Part shown: positions 56,902 through 64,000 of the stretch, one piece after another
Position numbering within the stretch: position 1 is the first letter of the stretch
Layout of the letters: each line of letters begins with the position of its first letter
DNA from: Patescibacteria group bacterium
GTDB lineage: Bacteria > Patescibacteriota > Patescibacteriia > UBA2591 > UBA4787
DNA: 64,000 nt
NCBI GenBank assembly: GCA_028715115.1
Contig: JAQUSN010000002.1
Coordinates: 132,944 to 196,943, forward strand
Direction of reading: 5' to 3'
Notes under the pieces: generated by a model
What the model saw: only the letters and a program-made list of their open reading frames with translations
The model's database searches: none
Told to the model about the DNA's origin: nothing
Translations under genes and position numbers: made by a program

Positions 56902-59511
56902 ATGAATAATTTTACTATTAAAGCACAAGAAGCATTGCAAGATGCGCATAATATCGCCATGGAGTATGATCAGCAGCAAGTTGATACTCCTCATTTAATG
57001 TTAGCCCTAATCAGACAAGATGAGGGCGTTGTTTTGGCTATTTTTAAAAAATTAGGGGTTGACGTAGAGCGTTTTAAACAAGAATTAGAAAAAATTATTG
57101 AATATTTGCCTAATGTTAAAATTGGCGGCCCGGCCAACATTGCCGAAGTTTATATTACTCCCCTACTCCAACGAAGTCTATTTTTGGCCAACAAAGAAGC
57201 GGCCCGCTTAAAAGATGAATATGTTTCTACCGAGCACTTACTTTTAGGATTACTGGGGGTTAATTCCGTAGTAAAAGAATTAGCCAAGAAATTTAAAATA
57301 GATCCCGAGCAAATTTTAAAGGTTTTAGTAAGCGTGCGAGGCACTGAACGCATCACTGAACCGGAGCCCGAAGTAAAATATCAAGTTTTAGAAAAATATA
57401 CAAATAATTTAACTGAAGCGGCCAGACAAGAAAAAATAGATCCGATTATCGGGCGTGATGAAGAAATCCGCCGCTTGATTCAGGTCTTATCTCGTCGAAC
57501 AAAAAATAACCCAGTGTTAATCGGCGAAGCCGGCGTTGGCAAAACGGCCATTGCCGAAGGACTGGCGCAGCGAATAGTAAGCGGAGACGTTCCCGAGTCG
57601 CTCAAGAATAAAGAATTGATATCATTAGATTTAGGAAGTTTAATCGCCGGCACTAAATTTCGCGGTGAATTTGAAAATCGCCTCAAAGCCGTATTAAAAG
57701 AAATAAAACGCGCTGGAAATTATATATTATTTATCGACGAATTACATACATTGGTTGGCGCCGGCGCAGCCGAGGGCGCTATTGATGCGTCGAATATGTT
57801 AAAACCGGTATTATCGCGAGGAGAGCTGCATTGTATCGGCGCAACTACGCTAAAAGAATACCAAAAATATATTGAAAAAGATCCGGCCCTAGAACGCCGC
57901 TTCCAACCGGTATTAGTTATTGAACCGTCTATTGAAGATTCAACCGCTATTTTAAGAGGAATTAAAGAAAAATATGAAGTTCATCACGGTGTTAGAATAA
58001 CCGACGATGCGATTGTCGCAGCCGTTAAATTATCTTCCCGTTATATTACTGATAGATTTTTGCCAGATAAAGCCGTTGATTTAATGGACGAAGCGGCTTC
58101 ATCCCTTCGAATGCAAATCGAAAGTGAACCAGAGGAAGTTGATAAATTAAAAAGAAAGATTAAACAATTAGAAATAGAAAAAACAGCCATTAAGGGCGAC
58201 AAGAGCGCTAAAGATAAATTAACAAAAATTAACAAAGAATTGGCAAATTTAAAGGAAGAATATTCCAAATGGGAGATAAAATGGAAGACGGAAAAAGAAA
58301 TTATTACGGCATTAAGAGAAATTAAACAAAAAATAGATGAACTAAAACAAGAAAAAGAAATTGCTGAACGTTATGGCGATCTACAAAAAGTTGCCGAGAT
58401 AAAATATGGTCAAATCCCAGTTGCCGAAAAAGAAGCCATATCTCTCCACAAAAAACTAAATAATATCCAAAAAGAAAACAGAATTCTTAAAGAAGAAATA
58501 ACCGCTGAAGACATTGCTAAGGTCGTAGCTCACTGGACCGGCATTCCGTTAACTAAAATGCTAGAAGAAGAAACCAGAAAGCTGGCTCGCCTGGAAGAAG
58601 AGATCCATAAAAGATTAATTGATCAGGAAGAAGCCGTTGTTTCTGTCGCCAATGCTATTCGTCGAAACCGCGCCGGCATTAGTGAAGAAAATAAACCGAT
58701 TGGTTCGTTTATGTTCATCGGTCCGAGTGGCGTTGGTAAAACCGAATTAGCACGCGCTTTAGCTGAATTCATGTTCGACACAGAGCAGGCTTTGGTGCGA
58801 CTTGATATGTCTGAATATATGGAAAAGCACACTGTTTCTAAAATGATTGGCTCTCCACCTGGCTATGTTGGTTATGACGAAGGTGGGCAATTAACCGAAA
58901 TCATCCGCCGAAAACCGTATAGCGTAATTTTATTTGACGAAATAGAAAAGGCCCATCCTGACGTTTTTAATATTTTACTGCAAATATTAGACGATGGACG
59001 ATTAACCGACGCTAAAGGTAGGGTTGTTAATTTTAAGAATGCGATAATTATCATGACCTCTAACCTAGGCTCTGAATTAATACAAGAACAAGCCAAGCGA
59101 TCTGACTTCGGGTTTACGTCGGAAAAAGAAGACAATGGCTATAAAATAATCAAAGATAAAATATTTTTCAGGTTAAAAGAATATTTTCGCCCCGAATTTT
59201 TGAATAGAATCGATGAAATTATTGTTTTTAAGGCTTTAAACAAAGACGATATCAAAAAAATCGTCGACTTACAACTAAAACGTCTGGAGAAAAGGTTGAC
59301 GGAAAAGAAAATAAAGTTAATAATTAATAATGACGTTAAAGACCGATTAGCCGAACAAGGATATGACCCTGTTTTTGGCGCTCGCCCGTTGAAAAGACTG
59401 ATCCAAAGGGAAATTTTGGACAGATTAGCCATGGAAATCGTCAGTGGCAGAATAATTGACGGACAAAAAGTAAAAGTAACCTTAAAAAATAAAAAGATTA
59501 CCCTAGAATGA
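56902..59511 (+). CDS. clpB: ATP-dependent chaperone ClpB
   Basis: Start MNNFT at 56902; two Walker A ([16 protein letters not shown]), long coiled middle domain, GARPLKR. Confidence 0.93.
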   Translation: MNNFTIKAQEALQDAHNIAMEYDQQQVDTPHLMLALIRQDEGVVLAIFKKLGVDVERFKQELEKIIEYLPNVKIGGPANIAEVYITPLLQRSLFLANKEAARLKDEYVSTEHLLLGLLGVNSVVKELAKKFKIDPEQILKVLVSVRGTERITEPEPEVKYQVLEKYTNNLTEAARQEKIDPIIGRDEEIRRLIQVLSRRTKNNPVLIGEAGVGKTAIAEGLAQRIVSGDVPESLKNKELISLDLGSLIAGTKFRGEFENRLKAVLKEIKRAGNYILFIDELHTLVGAGAAEGAIDASNMLKPVLSRGELHCIGATTLKEYQKYIEKDPALERRFQPVLVIEPSIEDSTAILRGIKEKYEVHHGVRITDDAIVAAVKLSSRYITDRFLPDKAVDLMDEAASSLRMQIESEPEEVDKLKRKIKQLEIEKTAIKGDKSAKDKLTKINKELANLKEEYSKWEIKWKTEKEIITALREIKQKIDELKQEKEIAERYGDLQKVAEIKYGQIPVAEKEAISLHKKLNNIQKENRILKEEITAEDIAKVVAHWTGIPLTKMLEEETRKLARLEEEIHKRLIDQEEAVVSVANAIRRNRAGISEENKPIGSFMFIGPSGVGKTELARALAEFMFDTEQALVRLDMSEYMEKHTVSKMIGSPPGYVGYDEGGQLTEIIRRKPYSVILFDEIEKAHPDVFNILLQILDDGRLTDAKGRVVNFKNAIIIMTSNLGSELIQEQAKRSDFGFTSEKEDNGYKIIKDKIFFRLKEYFRPEFLNRIDEIIVFKALNKDDIKKIVDLQLKRLEKRLTEKKIKLIINNDVKDRLAEQGYDPVFGARPLKRLIQREILDRLAMEIVSGRIIDGQKVKVTLKNKKITLE

Positions 59512-60878
59512 ATAGCCAATTAGGCAAAAAATCAATCGGCATTATCGCTTTATTGTTGTTTTTTGCAATTCCTAATTTTTCGTTTGCTCTGACTTTTGAC
59601 CCTAATTATATTATTTCAGATCACGAATTAACGAATTGGCAAAGCGCGACCAAAGACGAAATAATAGGATTCTTAAAAGGAAAAGGCGGTGCCTTGTCAG
59701 CATATTATACTTCTGATTTAGATAATCAGGTTAAACATGCCGGAGAAATAATTTATAATGCCGCCACAAGATACCAAATTAATCCCTTAGTCATTGTAAC
59801 GATTGTCCAAAAAGAGCAAACCCTTGTAACTCGCCAAGCCATAAAGAGCACGCAATATGATTGGGCTACCGGCTTTGCTTGTTATGACAACCGCAACCCA
59901 GTTAGCCGTTTTAGCGGTTTTACCATTCAGGTAGACAGAACCGCCTGGCGTTTAAGATATTTTTTGGAACATCCTTGGGAATTTACTTATCGAGCCGGAC
60001 AAGTGTATAAAATTAGCGGCCGAAAAGTCAGACCGCAAAATTTGGCTACCGCCGCTTTATATAATTATACTCCATATATAAATGGTAATAAACTTTTTTG
60101 GCAAATTTGGCAATCATGGTTTGCCAAAAAGGGATCTTTACCTAACGGCAGTTTAGTCCGGGCTTATGGCGAAAAAGGAGTTTGGTTGATTCAAAATAAT
60201 TTACGCCGCCCATTCTATTCTCGAGCAGTATTTTTGGCCAGTTATAGTTTTAGTAAAGTTAAAGAAATACCAAAAGAAGAATTAAATAGATATGAAGTTG
60301 GCGAACCGATGAGCTTTTCCAATTATTCTTTATTAAAGGCTTCTGGCGGCGAAGTATTTTTACTAGTAGACGGTTATCGACGGAAAATTGCCAGCGATGC
60401 GCTGCTTAAAGAGATAGGATTTTTACCCCAGGAAATTATTCCAGTTGAACAGACCGATCTATTGCAATATCCCGAAGGTAAAACAATTGCTACTCCCTAC
60501 CCTTCAGGAGCAATATTGCAAGACAAGGGTACGAATTTGATTTACTATATTCAAGAAAATCTCAAATATCCTATTATTGACGAAGTTATTTTGTATAATA
60601 ATTTTCCTTATGATCAGATTATAGATAGCAACACCGAAGAATTAGCTAATTTCATTACCACAGAACCCCTGAGACTGCGAGATGGCACATTGGTAAAAAA
60701 CAGTTATAGTCCCGCAATATATGTAATTGCTCAAGGCAAAAAAATGCCTATCGCTAATATGGAAACGTTTGACGCTTTGGGGTATAATTTAAATAATGTT
60801 TTATATATTAACGACGCGGTGCTTAATCTTCATCCCGCCGGTGACATTTTGGACATTAAGAATATTAGTAGGTTATAA
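59508..60878 (+). CDS. Secreted protein with repeated surface domains
   Basis: Signal peptide; [23 protein letters not shown]; four G.L.K...VY.I..G.K repeats. Confidence 0.75.
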   Translation: MNSQLGKKSIGIIALLLFFAIPNFSFALTFDPNYIISDHELTNWQSATKDEIIGFLKGKGGALSAYYTSDLDNQVKHAGEIIYNAATRYQINPLVIVTIVQKEQTLVTRQAIKSTQYDWATGFACYDNRNPVSRFSGFTIQVDRTAWRLRYFLEHPWEFTYRAGQVYKISGRKVRPQNLATAALYNYTPYINGNKLFWQIWQSWFAKKGSLPNGSLVRAYGEKGVWLIQNNLRRPFYSRAVFLASYSFSKVKEIPKEELNRYEVGEPMSFSNYSLLKASGGEVFLLVDGYRRKIASDALLKEIGFLPQEIIPVEQTDLLQYPEGKTIATPYPSGAILQDKGTNLIYYIQENLKYPIIDEVILYNNFPYDQIIDSNTEELANFITTEPLRLRDGTLVKNSYSPAIYVIAQGKKMPIANMETFDALGYNLNNVLYINDAVLNLHPAGDILDIKNISRL

Positions 60879-60887
60879 TAAAATATT

Positions 60888-61673
60888 ATGATTTCTTTTG
60901 CGGCAATTACTCCGCACCCGCCGATTATTATTCCCGACATTGGGAAAGATAATTTAAGTTTGGCTAAGAAAACAATTGAAGGCATGGAAAAACTCGCCAG
61001 GCGGCTTAAAAGGGCCAATCCGGATGTTATTATTGTTATTTCTCCTCACGGAACTATTTTTGCTGACGCATTTTCTATAAATTTATCGGAAAAATATAAG
61101 GCTGATTTTAAACAATTTGGCGACGTTAGCACCAAATTAAATTTTTCCGGAGATGTTGTTTTGACTCATAGAATTTTTGAAAAACTGGAGGCCAAAATGC
61201 CGGTAATGATGTTGAATAATCCCAAACTTGACCATGGCGCAGCGGTTCCGTTATATTATTTAACGCAACACATTAAAAATTCTTCTATCATTCCGATCGG
61301 CTACTCATTATTAAGCTATCAGGATCACCTCGATTTTGGACAAAAAATAAAGGAAGAAATATTTTTATCCGATAAAAAAATAGCTATCATCGCCTCCGGT
61401 GATTTGTCGCATCGCTTGACCTTTGACGCACCGGCTGGTTATAATCCAAACGGAAAAATATTCGATGATAAACTTATTTCGTTATTAAAAACTAAATCGT
61501 GGAAACAAATATTAGATTTAGATCAAGGATTAATCAATGACGCAGGAGAGTGTGGCTTAAGGTCGATTTTAATTTTACTGGGCATAATAAAAAATCTTAA
61601 TTATAAACCGGAATTATTATCCTATGAAGGACCATTCGGCGTCGGTTATCTGGTTATGAATTTCAAACTTTAA
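60888..61673 (+). CDS. AmmeMemoRadiSam system protein B (MEMO1/LigB-like)
   Basis: PHPPIIIP, ISPH, LDHG, ASGDLSH, ECGLRS, YEGPFGVGY. Confidence 0.88.
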   Translation: MISFAAITPHPPIIIPDIGKDNLSLAKKTIEGMEKLARRLKRANPDVIIVISPHGTIFADAFSINLSEKYKADFKQFGDVSTKLNFSGDVVLTHRIFEKLEAKMPVMMLNNPKLDHGAAVPLYYLTQHIKNSSIIPIGYSLLSYQDHLDFGQKIKEEIFLSDKKIAIIASGDLSHRLTFDAPAGYNPNGKIFDDKLISLLKTKSWKQILDLDQGLINDAGECGLRSILILLGIIKNLNYKPELLSYEGPFGVGYLVMNFKL

Positions 61674-61700
61674 TCACATATTACACACATTAATTATACA

Positions 61701-61729
61701 AAAAATAGGTGCCATAAACACCTATTTTT
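61701..61729. terminator. Bidirectional terminator
   Basis: aaaaataggtg-ccataaa-cacctattttt between convergent genes. Confidence 0.75.
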
Positions 61730-61748
61730 GTATTTAAAATAAGTCAAT

Positions 61749-63251
61749 TTATTTAATTTTGTAAATCCAAATCTTTTTCAAGGCCTCTTTAGCCGCACTT
61801 AAATGTAAAATACTGCTAGTGTAAAGAGTAAACAATACATCGCCAGTCTTAACCGGTTCCTTGATCATTTTATGAAAATATATTCCGGCGGTTTTTGTAC
61901 CCGGAGCGCCAAGCAATCGGCAGATTTCAACTAGATTTTTATTATGCACCTCGGTTATTCTGCCGGTTTTATGCGCGATAATATCAAGTTTTATCTTGCC
62001 TTGTTTTATTTGTTCAGAATCCAGAGGCTTACCGCCTTGAATAGTGATAATTTGTTTCATTTTTTTCCAAGCATTGCCATTAATTAAGGCTTTGCGCGAA
62101 AAATAAGAACCCAACCCTTTCTTGACCTTGCCGGTTAATTCTAATAATTTGCCTGCTAATAAAATAGACTTTTCTTCTAGGTCAATCGGCCGATTCTCTT
62201 TTTGTTGTAAAACGCGTAAGACGTCTCTGGCTTCAAGTGTCGGACCAATACCCTTGCCAATCGGGCCTTTAACCGATTTACTGATAATAATTTTTATTTT
62301 AATATTAAATTTTTTAGCTAAAAATAGGAATAAGTTAGCAATTTTGCGAGCATCTTTCATATTTGTTACTTTGGCGGTCGGTCCGACCGGAATATCTAAG
62401 ATTAAATGAGTAACTCCTTCGCCCACCTTCTTCGCAATAATTGAAACAATCATTTTATTATATAATTCAATCCCGAGCTTATAGACAATGCTTAAAATTC
62501 GATCATCGGCTGGCGCAATGTCTTCGGCGCCCCAAACCAAGAAAGCGTTTGCTTTTTTAATAAACTTTTGTAAATCTTTGGCGCCGAAAGTTACGGGTGC
62601 TAAAACTTCGAACGTATCAGCAGTGCCAGCCGCCGAAGTAACGGCCCTGGTTGATGTTTTGGGAATAATAATGCCGTAGCTGGCGATTATTGCCACGATA
62701 ATTGGTGTAACTCGATTCCCAGGAATACCGCCAATAGAATGTTTATCGACGACAATATTGCCAAATCGAAAAATTTTTCCGGTATAAGCGATGGCTTTTG
62801 CTAAATAGAATAATTCTCGCCGAGATAAACAAGTGCTCTTTGAAAAAGCGCCGGCGACAAAAAAGGCCATTTCAGCATCATCTAATTTATATTCTACTAC
62901 GTCGTTAATAATCGAATAAATTTCTTTATAAGATAATTTTTTGCCCAATATCTTTTTTTGGATAGCCTTTATAGATTCTGAATGAGTTGATAGGGTGAGT
63001 TGAATTAATTTATTATTTTCAAATCGGCACTTATTAATAATATCTTCAAATAATCCAATTTGACCCGGCTTAACCATGCTGTCGGTAATATCGACAATAA
63101 CCTCTCTAGTGTGTTTGCCCCAGCGCAATAATAACTGATCGCCGGCCCTTAGGCCATTTCTTTGCGCATCGGCATTATTAATAATCACCACCCAAGGACT
63201 GCCTGTTTCGATATCTAGTTTTTTGACGCGAAGGAAAAAGAAATTTTTCAT
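61749..63251 (-). CDS. AMP phosphorylase (thymidine phosphorylase family)
   Basis: N-terminal extension; DKHSIGGIPGN, PKTSTRAVTSAAGTAD, PIGKGIGP; adjacent to RuBisCO. Confidence 0.9.
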   Translation of the reverse strand: MKNFFFLRVKKLDIETGSPWVVIINNADAQRNGLRAGDQLLLRWGKHTREVIVDITDSMVKPGQIGLFEDIINKCRFENNKLIQLTLSTHSESIKAIQKKILGKKLSYKEIYSIINDVVEYKLDDAEMAFFVAGAFSKSTCLSRRELFYLAKAIAYTGKIFRFGNIVVDKHSIGGIPGNRVTPIIVAIIASYGIIIPKTSTRAVTSAAGTADTFEVLAPVTFGAKDLQKFIKKANAFLVWGAEDIAPADDRILSIVYKLGIELYNKMIVSIIAKKVGEGVTHLILDIPVGPTAKVTNMKDARKIANLFLFLAKKFNIKIKIIISKSVKGPIGKGIGPTLEARDVLRVLQQKENRPIDLEEKSILLAGKLLELTGKVKKGLGSYFSRKALINGNAWKKMKQIITIQGGKPLDSEQIKQGKIKLDIIAHKTGRITEVHNKNLVEICRLLGAPGTKTAGIYFHKMIKEPVKTGDVLFTLYTSSILHLSAAKEALKKIWIYKIK

Positions 63252-63259
63252 AATATTAT

Positions 63260-64000
63260 CTATAAATTACTTTTATTTTTCCAGTAATCGAGGGCGACTT
63301 TTAGTTCAGGACGGGTTTCGGCAAATTTCTCTAGCGGGATATGGCTCATGGCCGCTTCAACAGAAGCGCGAGCAGCCTTAGCGCCAGCATAAGTGCCGTC
63401 CGGATGGCCATGAATACCGCCGCCAAAATTTATAATAAGGTCTTTGCCTAATATTTTCATCAATCGAGGCGTTAAAGCCGGATGCAATCCGCCCGAGGCG
63501 ATAGGCATAACCGGCTTAATCTTACTTAAATCTTCTTTCAAGCTATGGAAATGCCCCCAATCTTCCTTTAATAAATTATCAATATCGGTTACTTCAGACT
63601 TTTCGCCTTCCATTTTACCAACTACGGTTCCGGTGTGGAGCTGATCAATGCCGGCCAAGCGCGATAGATGGGCAATCACCGACATAGCAATGCCTTGATT
63701 TTTGCTACGAGTAAAAGTCGAATGTCCCGCTCGATGACCATGAATAATCAGCCCTAAGTTTTGCGCTCGCAACTCTTGAATCGAAGAAAAGCCGGTGCTT
63801 ACAATATCAATCATGGCACAAGTACCGCCCATTTTTTTAATATACTTAGCTCGCTTAATCATTTCACTGGTTGGAGCCGTGACATTAAAAGCACAAACCT
63901 TTTTTTCGCCGGTTTTTATTTCTGCCTTTTTTGCTAAGGCTAAAGTTAACTTTACCCGTTTAGTAAAATGATTAAAGTCTTGATCTGTTAAATTTTCATC
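63260..64000 (-). CDS. rbcL: RuBisCO large subunit, form III-like (5' part outside window)
   Basis: Open to window edge at DENLTDQDFN; HGHRAGH, GIDQLHTGTVVGKMEG, ASGGLHP, FGGGIHGHPDG. Confidence 0.9.
   Translation of the reverse strand, partial: DENLTDQDFNHFTKRVKLTLALAKKAEIKTGEKKVCAFNVTAPTSEMIKRAKYIKKMGGTCAMIDIVSTGFSSIQELRAQNLGLIIHGHRAGHSTFTRSKNQGIAMSVIAHLSRLAGIDQLHTGTVVGKMEGEKSEVTDIDNLLKEDWGHFHSLKEDLSKIKPVMPIASGGLHPALTPRLMKILGKDLIINFGGGIHGHPDGTYAGAKAARASVEAAMSHIPLEKFAETRPELKVALDYWKNKSNL

Noticed and set aside
57150-59519. Antisense ORFs within clpB (likewise in dnaE, thrS and others)
   Set aside because: Shadow frames of well-supported genes
1-64000. Genetic code 25 (TGA as Gly), tRNA or rRNA genes
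   Set aside because: argS and tsf end at TGA and long genes have no internal TGA; no tRNA or rRNA recognised

Overview
AT-rich bacterial chromosome segment in standard genetic code, with the gene content and mostly SD-less starts typical of Patescibacteria/CPR (Parcubacteria-like; inferred). The left end holds a diversity-generating retroelement core: an AAC-rich template repeat, an antisense avd and a DGR-type reverse transcriptase; I found no variable-repeat target in this window. Housekeeping genes include thrS, dnaE, rodA, rplY, prfA, rpmE, rpsB, tsf, argS, pyrH, rplJL with an L10 leader, tsaB, gltX, thpR and clpB. There is a small defence island with a Shedu-type nuclease, a cluster of sugar-tailoring enzymes with a frameshifted methyltransferase, AmmeMemoRadiSam genes, and AMP phosphorylase with form III-like RuBisCO at the right end. 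Three things stand out. (1) About nine self-contained GC-rich units are scattered among the AT-rich genes, each with a sigma70 promoter, an orphan ORF with strong SD or a structured RNA, and a terminator. (2) A 313-bp GIY-YIG element with terminal inverted repeats is inserted at the clpB start codon, duplicating TATG behind a perfect CIRCE operator. (3) Several small palindromic repeat families occur, one inserted in frame in thrS. All calls come from reading the sequence; no searches were run.
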